A stretch of 64,000 nucleotides of DNA. Origin: an uncultured Verrucomicrobia subdivision 3 bacterium. Its GTDB lineage: Bacteria; Verrucomicrobiota; Verrucomicrobiia; Limisphaerales; UBA11358. The stretch covers positions 30,991-94,990 of the forward strand of contig CAITTG010000027.1 of the NCBI GenBank assembly GCA_903895255.1. Reading direction: 5' to 3'. Shown here in pieces: positions 27,603 to 37,208 of this stretch; position 1 is the stretch's first letter, and each line of letters opens with the position of its first letter. Under the pieces are notes generated by a model that was not told the DNA's origin, searched no databases, and saw only the letters and a list, made by a program, of their open reading frames with translations. Made by a program: the position numbers and the translations under genes.

Positions 27603-29936
27603 TTACGGTTGCGGGCCGTTGCCGATATAAATGCGATAGTCCTTGATCCGGCCGGCGACGGTGTCGGGGCCCTGGCGCGGGGTGTAGCGGAAGCCGGCGA
27701 TGGTCACGGGGTGGCCGAGGTCGAGGGTGAGGTGGTGGGGCTGGCCGGGCTTGGCAGCGCTCCATTCGGTGTGCCAGAAGTTGGCGGTCTGTCCGTCGAT
27801 GGCGTTTTCGGCGGTGCCGTCCTCGCCCACGCGTTCTTCGCTATCCACATCGGCGATGGTCCAGCTTTCTTCGCTCAACGGTTTGCCGTTCGCATCGAGC
27901 AGGCTGAGTTCGGCGATGGCGGTGAAGGGGCCGCCGTCGAAAGCGTCGAGGGATTCAATGGCGAAGTACCGGCCGGTGGCGGGGCGCACGAGTTTGACAT
28001 CCTGCACCGCGCTGCCAGGGGCAAAGGCGCCGCTCTGGACGACGGGCAACTGGTCGAGTTTGACTTTGGGGGCGTGGCGCTGGAGGTGGGTGAAGTCGAG
28101 TTGCGGGCGGAGTTCGTTCAGCACCGGATGGTCGAGCGCGGCGACGATCGGCTGGTCCGCACCGCCGAGCATGTCGAGGATGACGATTTCATTGTCGCCA
28201 GCCTTCAACCAGGGGCCGGGGACATACATGGTCTGTTGCGGACCAATGTTCCAGTAGCGGCCGAGGTTGTGGCCGTTGACCCAGGCGAAGCCTTTGCCCC
28301 ACGGATGCATATCCAGGAAGCAATCACCGGGCGCGGCCACATTGACCGTGGCACGGTAAAAGGCCGGCCCAACGCGGGCGGCGGGGTTGACCGGGGCATA
28401 TTTCAAACCGGCGAGCATGGGATTATCCAACGGCAGGTTGAAGATTTGCCAGCCGGTGAGCGGCTGGCCGCCGAGGGTCACGGGTCCGTGGATGCCTTTG
28501 TGGTCGTGGACCTCGGGACCGAAGTTCACGCGGCCCATGGCTTCCACGAAAATATCCAGCGTGGCCTCGGCGGCGCGCGCGGGGAGCCGGACTTTGAAAT
28601 TACGGGAGCGGCGGTCGGTGAAGCCGATGCGCTGGCCATCCACATACACCTGCCCGATGTCGTTGATAGCCCGGGCCTCGACAAAGGCCGCCGGACCGGC
28701 GGGAATGCGGGTGCGGTAATCAATACAGCCGTAGGCTTGGTCGTAGTCCTCAAAGGTGCGCGGATGTTCATCCGCGATGGGGGCGGGGAGGTTGGCGAAG
28801 ATCGGAGCGCTCTCGGTGACTGTCACGGGGGCGATGGTGATGACGGGGTTCTTCGCGGGCGGTTCGGGAATGGTTTCGCCGGGGAGCAGGTATTTGGCGA
28901 AGAGGTCGCGGGTTTGATAAAACTTGTCGGTCGGCCAGCCGGCTTCGCTGATGGGGGCGTCGTAATCATAGCTGGAGGTGTCGGGCTTGAAGGGGCGGTC
29001 GGCGCCGGTGCCAAAGCCGAAGGTGGTGCCGCCGTGCGCCATATAAATGCTGAAGGAGCCGCCGGCCTTGAGCATGTATTCGAGATCGCTCAGGTAGCTG
29101 TCGGTCTTGCCCAGGTGATGGGGAGCGCCCCAGGTATCGAACCAGCCGGGGTAGAACTCGCCGCACATAAGCGGTCCGCGCGGGAGAATTTCCCGCAAGG
29201 CGGCGAAGGAACCGGCGGGGTCGGAGCCGAAGTTGACGACGGGGAACAGGTCCGCGCGCCAGCCGTCCTTGAGGTGGCCGGTGGGGTTGCAATCAAAGAG
29301 GGGCACGTCAAAACCGGAGTCGATCAGTACTTGCCGGAGTTCGCCCATGTACTCGGTGTCCTTGCCGAAAAAGCCGTATTCATTTTCCACCTGCACCATG
29401 AGGATGGGGCCGCCCCGGGTGATCTGCAAGGGTCCGAGCACGTGGCCAACTTCGCGGAGATAGGTTTTCACCGGGTCGAGGAAAAGCGGGTCGCGGGTGC
29501 GCAGCTTAATGGCGTCATTTTTCAAGAGCCAGGAGGGGAAGCCCCCCATTTCCCATTCGGCGCAGGCGTAAGGTCCGGGGCGCAGGATGACCCACAAGCC
29601 TTCCTCCTGCGCGATTCGGCAAAATTGGGCAATGTCGGCACTGCCAGCCCAGTTGAATTCACCGGGGCGCGGCTCCTGGACGTTCCAGAAGAGGTAGGCG
29701 CAGACCGTGTTCAGGCCCATGGCCTTGGCCATTTGCAGGCGGTGCCGCCAGTATTCCGGCGGCACGCGCGGGGCGTGGATTTCGCCGCAGCGGATTTGGA
29801 AAACTTTGCCATCCAGCAGAAAGTCGTTGGTACCAATCGCGAAGGTGTGTTGGGGAGTGGTCTGGGCGGGGGCAAGGCCGGCCGGAGCGAGCAGGAAAGC
29901 GACCAGAAGCAGGCAAAAGGCGACGAAGGATTTCAT
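27603..29936 (-). CDS. Secreted GH35 beta-galactosidase with a C-terminal F5/8 type C (discoidin) domain
   Basis: Signal peptide MKSFVAFCLLLVAFLLAPA. GH35 blocks G.IHY.R.P...W, RPGPY.CAEWE.GG.P.WL, QVENEYG. C-terminal NAIDGQTANFWHTEW discoidin-type motif. Confidence 0.85.
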   Translation of the reverse strand: MKSFVAFCLLLVAFLLAPAGLAPAQTTPQHTFAIGTNDFLLDGKVFQIRCGEIHAPRVPPEYWRHRLQMAKAMGLNTVCAYLFWNVQEPRPGEFNWAGSADIAQFCRIAQEEGLWVILRPGPYACAEWEMGGFPSWLLKNDAIKLRTRDPLFLDPVKTYLREVGHVLGPLQITRGGPILMVQVENEYGFFGKDTEYMGELRQVLIDSGFDVPLFDCNPTGHLKDGWRADLFPVVNFGSDPAGSFAALREILPRGPLMCGEFYPGWFDTWGAPHHLGKTDSYLSDLEYMLKAGGSFSIYMAHGGTTFGFGTGADRPFKPDTSSYDYDAPISEAGWPTDKFYQTRDLFAKYLLPGETIPEPPAKNPVITIAPVTVTESAPIFANLPAPIADEHPRTFEDYDQAYGCIDYRTRIPAGPAAFVEARAINDIGQVYVDGQRIGFTDRRSRNFKVRLPARAAEATLDIFVEAMGRVNFGPEVHDHKGIHGPVTLGGQPLTGWQIFNLPLDNPMLAGLKYAPVNPAARVGPAFYRATVNVAAPGDCFLDMHPWGKGFAWVNGHNLGRYWNIGPQQTMYVPGPWLKAGDNEIVILDMLGGADQPIVAALDHPVLNELRPQLDFTHLQRHAPKVKLDQLPVVQSGAFAPGSAVQDVKLVRPATGRYFAIESLDAFDGGPFTAIAELSLLDANGKPLSEESWTIADVDSEERVGEDGTAENAIDGQTANFWHTEWSAAKPGQPHHLTLDLGHPVTIAGFRYTPRQGPDTVAGRIKDYRIYIGNGPQP

Positions 29937-30140
29937 GGTAAATTTTTTGGTGACGGAAGCATACGGGAAGCCCGGCGGAGATGCCAGCACAGGAATGGGG
30001 GATACATTGAGGGGGGAAGTTCGCGCGCCCGAGACGGGCGCACTCCGGGCAAAGAAAAGGGCGGGTGGATTTGTTGGACAAAACCACCCGCCCATGCGGA
30101 CTACGTTTTAAAAACCACGGTCTGCCGCGGGTATTATTAA

Positions 30141-31979
30141 TTACTTCAGGGCTTTGACCTGTTTTACGATGCCAGCGGCGTCGATGCCGTAGAAGGCAAG
30201 CAATTCAGCGGCCTTGCCCGAACGGGGCAGGCTGGTGACGGCCAGCTTGTGGACTTTCACACCTTCGGCGCTGAGTTCACCGGCCACGGCATCGCCCAAA
30301 CCGCCCTCGGCGTAGTGGTCTTCCACGGTGATGACGGTGTGCCCGGTCTTTTTGGCGGCGGCCAGGATGACGTCCTTGGCGAGCGGCTTGATGCTGTAGG
30401 CATCGATGACGGTGATGGTGATGCCCTCGGCCTTGAGGAGGTCAGCGGCTTTCAGGGCTTCGAACAGGGTGACGCCGGCGGCGACTACCGTGACTTTGTC
30501 ACCAGCGGCCTGGCGCAGGACTTTGGCCCCGCCGATGGGGAAGGCTTCGTCGTTGCCGTAGATGACGGGGGTCTTGGGGCGCGAGGTGCGGAGGAACTGG
30601 AGGCCGCGGTGGGTGGCCATTTGTTCCAGCAATTTTTCGGCGCTGACGGCGTCGCTGGGATAGAGCACGACGCTGCCGGCCACGGCACGCATCATGGCGA
30701 TATCTTCCAAGGCCATCTGGGAGGGACCGTCCTCCCCGATGCTGACGCCGACATGGGAGCCGACGAGCTTGAGGTTGGCTTGGGAGATGCCGGCGACGCG
30801 AATCTGGTCGTAGGCGCGGGTAAAGAAGGTGGCAAAGGTGGAGGCAAACGGGGACTTGCCGCGCGTGCCAAAACCGACGGCCACCGCGACGAGGTTTTGC
30901 TCGGCAATATAGCACTCGGTGGAACGCTCGGGGAAGGCCTTGATGAACCCTTCAGCGAAGGTGGAGTTCTTGGTGTCGCCATCGAGGGCGACGATGCGCA
31001 AATCGGCGGTGCCCAGACGGAGGAGCGCGGTGCCGTAAGCCTCCCGGGTGGCAATCTTGTCGCCGAGCGTGTAATTGATGGGCGGGTAGCTGGCCGGAGC
31101 GGCATTCGCGGGCTGCGGCAGGGAACTGGGCGCGGGAATGGGGGTGCCAATGCCGGAGCGGGCGGAAGGTTGCAGTTCGTTGATGGCGCGCTCGGCTTCG
31201 ACCGCGTTCAGGGGCTTGCCGTGCCAGTTTTCCTGGTCTTGCAAAAAGCTGACACCCGCGCCTTTGAAAGTTTTGGCGATAATGACCAGGGGTTGGTCAC
31301 CGAGCCCCACGCCGCCGAGAACTTCGGCGATTTCCTCGATGTCATGACCATCAATGACTTCCGTGCGCCAGCCAAAAGCTTCAAAGCGTTTGGCATACAC
31401 GGCGACATCATGGCCGAACGCAGTGGCTTCGCTCTGGCCGAGACGGTTGGCGTCCACGATGGCGACGAGGTTGTTCAGCTTGTAAATGCCGGCGAGAGAG
31501 GCGGCTTCCCAAACGGCGCCCTCGGCGATTTCGCCGTCGCCCATGAGGACGTAGGTATTATAATCCAGCTTGTCGAGGCGGGCGGCCAGCGCCACGCCGA
31601 CACCGACGCCCAAACCCTGACCGAGCGAGCCGGTGGCAATATCGGCAAACGCGAGGCGGGGGGTGGGGTGGCCTTCCAAATCGCTGGTAAACTGGCGCAA
31701 GGTGGCCAGGTGGCTCACGGGAATAAAACCATTCTCCGCCCAGGCGGCATAGAGCAAGGGAGCGGCATGGCCCTTGGAAAGAATGAAGCGGTCGTTGTTA
31801 AAATAGTGCGGGTTGGTGGCGTCGTACCGCATATGGCCGAAGAAGAGGGTGGCCACAAGATCCGCCGCGGACAAGCAGGAGGTCGGATGTCCACTGCCGG
31901 CCGCTGTGGTGGCCGTAATGGAGTGGATGCGAAGCTGGTTCGCAATACCCTTCAATAGTTCGATGTCTGTTTCAATCAT
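30141..31979 (-). CDS. tkt: Transketolase
   Basis: GSGHPTS, GDG...EG..WEA, GEDGP.HQ-like (GEDGPSQMALED) ThDP-binding and pyrimidine-domain motifs. Confidence 0.9.
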   Translation of the reverse strand: MIETDIELLKGIANQLRIHSITATTAAGSGHPTSCLSAADLVATLFFGHMRYDATNPHYFNNDRFILSKGHAAPLLYAAWAENGFIPVSHLATLRQFTSDLEGHPTPRLAFADIATGSLGQGLGVGVGVALAARLDKLDYNTYVLMGDGEIAEGAVWEAASLAGIYKLNNLVAIVDANRLGQSEATAFGHDVAVYAKRFEAFGWRTEVIDGHDIEEIAEVLGGVGLGDQPLVIIAKTFKGAGVSFLQDQENWHGKPLNAVEAERAINELQPSARSGIGTPIPAPSSLPQPANAAPASYPPINYTLGDKIATREAYGTALLRLGTADLRIVALDGDTKNSTFAEGFIKAFPERSTECYIAEQNLVAVAVGFGTRGKSPFASTFATFFTRAYDQIRVAGISQANLKLVGSHVGVSIGEDGPSQMALEDIAMMRAVAGSVVLYPSDAVSAEKLLEQMATHRGLQFLRTSRPKTPVIYGNDEAFPIGGAKVLRQAAGDKVTVVAAGVTLFEALKAADLLKAEGITITVIDAYSIKPLAKDVILAAAKKTGHTVITVEDHYAEGGLGDAVAGELSAEGVKVHKLAVTSLPRSGKAAELLAFYGIDAAGIVKQVKALK

Positions 31980-32106
31980 GATTTTATCAGTTTAAAGGGG
32001 CCACTGGGAAAGCCAAGGATGAAATGGGGAAATGCCCCCCGTTTGGGTGACAAAATTGGTTAAACAAGCGGGGAAGGAGCGGGAAAGCGGGTTCGGCAGA
32101 AAGGCT

Positions 32107-32754
32107 TTAAGGCATCACGTGGCCGGGAACGGAACAAATGGGCGGCTGGTCCATGGAACCGATGAGGTAGGTGCCGCCGGCAGGACAAACGGGCATGACA
32201 TTGCCTTTGAGGTAAGGGAGCAGCTCCTGGGCGGTGGGGGTGTCTTTGGCATCTTTGTTGTACTCCAAGGCCCATAATTGTTTGGCCGCATCCAAGGCGC
32301 GCAGATTTTGCAGGCACAAATTGCGCGCGTCCTCGGCGGCGAGTTCGGGGGCGGCCGGAGCGGCGGCGGCCTGAACCTGCTGGTTTTCGGCAGTGAGCTG
32401 CTGGAGATGGTTTTGCTGGAGTTGCAAGGCCTGCCGGGCGGTCTGCAACTGGGCCTCAGTTTTTTGCTTGGCCAGCATGACCTGGGTGAGGTCGTTATTG
32501 GCCTGGGCGAGTTTGGTGAGAAGCTGCTGGTTTTGGGAGCGGAGGCGGGCGTTGTCGAGACTGAGGGTGGCCACGCTGGAGGCCTTGACTTCATCGAGCT
32601 GAATTTGGAGTTGACTGGCCTGTTCGCGGGCGTCGCGGGCGTCGGACTGGGCGGCGGTGGCACGCTGGTTGGCGCGGAAGAGGAGGACCTGGCTGACAAA
32701 GAGCAGCGCCAGACAAACCCACAGGAGCCAGCGTTTCACATTCATGGATGCCAT
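32107..32754 (-). CDS. Membrane-anchored coiled-coil protein with a Cys-containing C-terminal module
   Basis: TM helix WLLWVCLALLFVSQVLL, Q/A/L-rich heptad region, C-terminal CLQNLRALDAAKQLWALE...CPAGGTYL...PICSVPGH. Start at 32754 or 32745. Confidence 0.6.
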   Translation of the reverse strand: MASMNVKRWLLWVCLALLFVSQVLLFRANQRATAAQSDARDAREQASQLQIQLDEVKASSVATLSLDNARLRSQNQQLLTKLAQANNDLTQVMLAKQKTEAQLQTARQALQLQQNHLQQLTAENQQVQAAAAPAAPELAAEDARNLCLQNLRALDAAKQLWALEYNKDAKDTPTAQELLPYLKGNVMPVCPAGGTYLIGSMDQPPICSVPGHVMP

Positions 32755-32895
32755 GTTTTCGCGCTTCCACCCCCCGGCGTCAAACCTGAAACGCAAAAAT
32801 CTTTTGGGGGAAGGCCGAAGGGAGAAGGCCTGGCGAGGAAATCAGGTTGATGGAAATCTGTTACCTTTAGGGCGACTTGAAGCGTCTAGGGAGGC

Positions 32896-33597
32896 ATGAA
32901 TGACATTTGGGCGGGAGCTTGCCGCGCAAGGCAACGGGAGGCAGGGTTCACATTGATTGAGCTGCTGGTGGTCATTGCGATTATTGCCATCCTGGCGGCG
33001 ATGTTGCTGCCGGCGCTGGCGCGGGCGAAGGAACGGGCGTACACCATTCAGTGCACGGGCAACCTGCATCAGATCAGCATCGGCATGTTGCTGTTCGCGG
33101 ATGATAACAACAGCCTTTTCCCAATGTCCGGCGGCACCATTCCCTGGAACCCGACCAATCCGGACGCGAATACCAACGGCTGGATGCAACAGATCATCGG
33201 CTTTGTGCAAAACTCCAATGTGTTCCATTGTCCGGCCAATTTTGTGCAGCCGGCTGCGTGGCAGTCACCGTTCAATTATTTCAACGGGGTGCGGGCGGCG
33301 TATGTGGCGGCAGGGAATCAAGAAGCGGCGGTCAACAGCACGAAGGTAATGTTTCCGACGGCGCAAGTATTGTCCGGCGACACGGTGGGCACGGATTTCA
33401 ACCCGGTGGATTGTGACAAGGATGATTACTCGCAAAACTGCGTGGGCGGGGCGGCCAACGGTTTGCCGTGGGAGGAATGGCAGGTGCACAGCGGCGGGCA
33501 GAACGTGTTGTTCGTGGATGGCCATGCCAAGTGGTACAAGGGCTATGACACGAATGAGATGACGTTCCGGTATGATCGGCTTTCGGGTTGGGAGTGA
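32896..33597 (+). CDS. Prepilin-type N-terminal cleavage/methylation domain protein (type II secretion pseudopilin-like)
   Basis: GFTLIELLVVIAIIAILAAMLLPAL class-III signal. C-terminal H-x9-DG-like (NVLFVDGHAKW). GGGAGG RBS upstream of the ATG. Confidence 0.85.
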   Translation: MNDIWAGACRARQREAGFTLIELLVVIAIIAILAAMLLPALARAKERAYTIQCTGNLHQISIGMLLFADDNNSLFPMSGGTIPWNPTNPDANTNGWMQQIIGFVQNSNVFHCPANFVQPAAWQSPFNYFNGVRAAYVAAGNQEAAVNSTKVMFPTAQVLSGDTVGTDFNPVDCDKDDYSQNCVGGAANGLPWEEWQVHSGGQNVLFVDGHAKWYKGYDTNEMTFRYDRLSGWE

Positions 33598-33765
33598 ACC
33601 CTCCAAGGGGGGAAAACTTCAAAAGTCAAAATTCACGATTCGGAAAAACTTCGCGAAACTTGAAGATTTTAATTCTCAGACGGTTAATTAGTTAATCGGC
33701 TAATTTGTTAAATATCTAACAGACATATATTTACACAGATTCCACCACCACGCCCCGGATTCAGG

Positions 33766-33868
33766 GGTTATGTCAAAGAGCATTTCCCTCGCCCCAATGC
33801 CGGGGGCGGAGGGGACTCCGGATGGCGTCAGCCGCCGGTGCTGGGACCCGAAGGTCTAGCTACTCACA
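33766..33868. repeat. Copy A of a two-copy element bounded by GGTTATGTCAAAGA ... GCTACTCACA
   Basis: The termini are identical to those of copy B at 57815-57939, and the 3' ~28 nt are alignable. Lies in the 500-nt AT-rich leader upstream of queE. Confidence 0.6.
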
Positions 33869-34098
33869 ATAATAGCACTTGCTCGCGTTCTGTCAAAGGG
33901 AATTTTTTGCCGCCGGGGTGAAGCGATCGGGGGTTGACAGGGCGGCCGCCGCAGGGGAAGGAGGTTGCCAGGCGGGGGAGTTTTAGGGATTCCTCACTTC
34001 AGCGCCTACTCGTTTAGGGTGCTTGACTGATGCTCGGTGGCGTGGCGACAGGCTGTCGCCACCCCGGGGATGACTTCGCTCTTCTGATTTCCCGGGTC

Positions 34099-34860
34099 AT
34101 GCTTTACAGTGGGGGGGTGTCCGAAACTTTGGTCATCAACGAAATTTATATCAGCCTGCAGGGGGAGAGCACCTTTGCGGGATTGCCTTGCATTTTTTTG
34201 CGGCTCACGGCGTGTGATTTGCGGTGCTCGTATTGCGACACGGTGTATGCCTTCACGGAGGGAAAACGCCGGTCTTTCGAGGAGATTCTGGCACGGGTGG
34301 CGGAACTGGCGGCACCGTACGCCGGGCAAACCACCCCGGATGGCATTGGCAAATTGCCGTTGGTGGAATTGACAGGCGGCGAGCCGTTGTTGCAAAAGAA
34401 TGCGGTGCCGCTGATGAAGCAGCTCGGTGATGCGGGCTTTACGGTGCTGCTGGAAACGAGCGGGGCGCATGATATTTCGGTGGTGGATGCACGGGTGCAC
34501 CGGATCATGGATCTGAAATGTCCGTCCAGCGGGGAGTCGGGGCGCAACCGGCGGGAAAATCTGGCGCATTTAAAGGCGACGGATGAGATCAAGTTCGTGA
34601 TTGGCACGCAGGAGGATTACGCCTGGGTGAAGGAGCAGATTCACACGCATCAACTGGCCTCGATATGTCCCCTGCTCTGCTCGTGGGTGCATCCGTTGAC
34701 GCCGGAACAGGCGAGTCCGGTGCTGAAGCGGGTGCCGGCGGGGCAGACGCCGATTTCGCGCAAGGAACTGGTGGAGCGGATTATTGCGGATGCGCTGCCG
34801 GTCAGGTTCCAGGCGCAGTTGCACAAGATTATCTGGCCGCCGGAGCAGCGGGGAGTGTGA
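34099..34860 (+). CDS. queE: 7-carboxy-7-deazaguanine synthase QueE (radical SAM)
   Basis: INEIYISLQGES...G.PC.F.RL..C.LRC.YCDT radical-SAM cluster motif. The internal ATG at 34099 is preferred to the track start at 34030. Confidence 0.85.
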   Translation: MLYSGGVSETLVINEIYISLQGESTFAGLPCIFLRLTACDLRCSYCDTVYAFTEGKRRSFEEILARVAELAAPYAGQTTPDGIGKLPLVELTGGEPLLQKNAVPLMKQLGDAGFTVLLETSGAHDISVVDARVHRIMDLKCPSSGESGRNRRENLAHLKATDEIKFVIGTQEDYAWVKEQIHTHQLASICPLLCSWVHPLTPEQASPVLKRVPAGQTPISRKELVERIIADALPVRFQAQLHKIIWPPEQRGV

Positions 34861-35274
34861 AGGTAGAATGATGAATGCAGAATGCGGAGACCCGCTTGGA
34901 TGCAATTGGGGTATCGGCGGAATGGGGAAGAACTTTGGATGTTTTTATCAGCAGCACCTCTCCCCGAGCCTCTCCCCCATTGAGGTTCGGGGGTGGGCAG
35001 GCGAAGGTGGATTCGAGGGATCCGATGACACGGTCTGGAAAATATACAGGGTCAGCGGCAGGTCGCAGGTGGTTCCGATGCCGCAGGCGGGGCAACGGCA
35101 CGCAGGTTGGTCCCGCAGAGCGGGATGCGATACAGCAGACAGGGAAGTCTGCGGCACCGGGCAGGCGGTGCGATGGTGGGCCGGGCGTTGGGAACCCGCC
35201 GATTGGTCGCCTGAAATATTTTGAAGGTGTTTTGCGGGGTTGACCGCCAGAGGGTTTGGACTTAAGGTTTGACC

Positions 35275-35463
35275 ATGGCCACGGCAACAACGGCACAGAA
35301 GAATTTGCAGGCGGCAATGCGTGATGCGTTGCGCATTCAAGACCGGTTTGTCCCTGAACCATTGTTTGCCAAAACCGGACGCGGGCATCTCAAAAGTGAA
35401 GGGGTGGCCACCTGGCAAAAGATCAAATCCAACCTTCACCGAAAAAGCCCGAAGGCCAAGTGA
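35275..35463 (+). CDS. Small hypothetical protein (62 aa), first of an overlapping pair
   Basis: ATG at 35275 with AAGG upstream. The stop overlaps the GTG of the next ORF (GTGA). No family recognised. Confidence 0.3.
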   Translation: MATATTAQKNLQAAMRDALRIQDRFVPEPLFAKTGRGHLKSEGVATWQKIKSNLHRKSPKAK

Positions 35464-35837
35464 GACAGAAATGGCTCGAGGACTGGCCCTGGCAAACCGT
35501 CGTCACCATCAACGCCGGACTTTGCAAGGAAAAGCAGGCCCTGCACAAGCCCACTTGCATAGGCTACCAACCCGCACAAAAACGTTGGGAAAAATCACAA
35601 ACTCGCGAACTCACCTTGCGGGAGGTTTTGGAGGTTTGCCGCCAATGTCACAAATTCGCGCCTTTTTGTTTTTACATCGGCAACACCTTTGTGGCCATCG
35701 GCCGAACCTTGATTCAGGATATGCTTCATGAAATGCCGCCGGTAAAAGCGCATAGCTTTCGCAGCGTGGTCGGACATTACATCGCCGGTACGATTGACAA
35801 AGCTGAATTGGACAAGGCGCTGGGGACCATGGATTAA
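35460..35837 (+). CDS. Hypothetical protein (125 aa), second of an overlapping pair
   Basis: GTG start overlapping the previous stop. The C-terminal half (NTFVAIGRTLIQDMLHEM...GHYIAGTIDKAELDKALG) is protein-like. GC is below neighbouring genes. Confidence 0.35.
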   Translation: MRQKWLEDWPWQTVVTINAGLCKEKQALHKPTCIGYQPAQKRWEKSQTRELTLREVLEVCRQCHKFAPFCFYIGNTFVAIGRTLIQDMLHEMPPVKAHSFRSVVGHYIAGTIDKAELDKALGTMD

Positions 35838-35885
35838 TTTGGCGGTTATGGTTATGTTTAAATTGACTTTTATTGGTCGGATACC

Positions 35886-37208
35886 ATGCTCGACCCGGAA
35901 CTGTTTCAGGGGTTTAATTCCAGGGCGATGACGACTAAAGAGACACTGGAACTGTTGCGGGCGCATGAGTCGCGGAATGTTTTGTTCACCGAGGCGGATG
36001 GGTCGTGGCCGATTGTTTGGGAGCGGGCGGAGGGGGTGCACGTTTGGGATGCGGAGGGGAAGCAGTATCTGGATCTGACGGCCGCGTTTGGGGTGGCAGC
36101 CGCAGGGCATGCGAATGCAGCGGTGGTAAGGGCAGGTCAGGCACAGATGGGGAAGCTCCTGCATGCGATGGGGGATGTGCATCCGCATGCGCCGAAGGCT
36201 TTACTGGCAAGGGAGCTGAGCGGGCTGACGTTCCAGCGGTGGGAGCAGCAGCCGGGCAAGGTGATTTACGGCAGCTCGGGGTTTGAGGCGGTGGAGGCGG
36301 CGCTGAAAACGGCGCGGCTGGCCACGGGCAAGCGCGGGGTGATTGTGTTTGAGGGTGGGTATCACGGGCTGGGGTATGGCGCGCTGAATGCGACGCATCG
36401 GGATTTGTTCCGGGGTCCGTTCAAGAATCAATTGCGCGAGTTCGGGCGGTTTGTCCCCTTCCCCACCAAAACCACGGATTTGGCCAGGGTGGAATTTGAG
36501 GTGCGACGGCAGGCGCGGCGGGAACGGATTGGCGCGGTGCTGGTGGAGCCGGTGCAAGCGCGCGGAGGCATCCGGATTCCACCGGTGGAGTTTTTACAAT
36601 TTCTACGGAAGTGGTGCGATGAGACGGGCGCGATGTTGATTCTCGATGAGATTTACACGGGATTTGGGCGGACGGGGAAATGCTTTGCGTGCGAGCATAG
36701 CGGCGTGGTGCCGGACGTCATCTGCCTGGGGAAGGCGTTGACGGGCGGGTTCCCGCTCTCGGCCTGCGTGGGCCGGGCGGCGGTGATGGACCGGGCCTGG
36801 CCGGCGTCCCAGGGCGAGGCGATTCATACGAGCACGTTCCTGGGGCATCCGGTGGGCTGCGCGATGGCGCTGGCACAGATCGGTGAATTGCGGCGGTTGA
36901 AACTGCCGGCGCGCAGCGCGGAGCTGGGGGAGTACTGGTTGAAACTGGCGAAGGAGGAATTACCGAATTTGAAATTGAACCTGGAAATACGCGGGCTCGG
37001 CTTGATGGCGGGCGTGGAATGGCGGCAGCCGGACGGCAAACCCGCCACGGCGGAGGCGTTGCAGGCGGTGAAGACGATGCTGCACCGCGGCTTTATCCTG
37101 CTGCCGGAGGGCGAGCATGGCAACATCATCAGTTTTACGCCGCCGCTGACGATTACGAAGGCGCAGCTTAAATCCGCCGTCCGGGCCCTGGCGGAGGTGT
37201 GCCAGTGA
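35886..37208 (+). CDS. Class-III PLP-dependent aminotransferase (acetylornithine/GABA aminotransferase family)
   Basis: ILDEIYTGFGRTGK...GKALTGGFPLSA (PLP lysine context) and GSGFEAVEAALK blocks. Confidence 0.85.
   Translation: MLDPELFQGFNSRAMTTKETLELLRAHESRNVLFTEADGSWPIVWERAEGVHVWDAEGKQYLDLTAAFGVAAAGHANAAVVRAGQAQMGKLLHAMGDVHPHAPKALLARELSGLTFQRWEQQPGKVIYGSSGFEAVEAALKTARLATGKRGVIVFEGGYHGLGYGALNATHRDLFRGPFKNQLREFGRFVPFPTKTTDLARVEFEVRRQARRERIGAVLVEPVQARGGIRIPPVEFLQFLRKWCDETGAMLILDEIYTGFGRTGKCFACEHSGVVPDVICLGKALTGGFPLSACVGRAAVMDRAWPASQGEAIHTSTFLGHPVGCAMALAQIGELRRLKLPARSAELGEYWLKLAKEELPNLKLNLEIRGLGLMAGVEWRQPDGKPATAEALQAVKTMLHRGFILLPEGEHGNIISFTPPLTITKAQLKSAVRALAEVCQ

Noticed and set aside
25899-30140. 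1413-aa ORF on the plus strand, the longest ORF in that region
   Set aside because: It runs antisense to four well-supported minus-strand genes (PepSY-like, hisF, GH35, plus the tkt edge). Its translation is low-complexity and Gly/Ala/Arg/Val-rich, with no motifs. This is a typical shadow ORF in high-GC DNA.
30249-31958. 569-aa plus-strand ORF
   Set aside because: Antisense shadow of transketolase.
33845-33880. Possible preQ1-I riboswitch, because GGTCTAGCTAC resembles the UUCUAGCUAC loop of the Bacillus preQ1 aptamer and queE lies downstream
   Set aside because: No P1 stem can be formed around it, and the A-rich tail with the pseudoknot-forming CUA is absent. It lies ~230 nt from the queE start. 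The same motif recurs at 57921-57939, where no queuosine gene follows.
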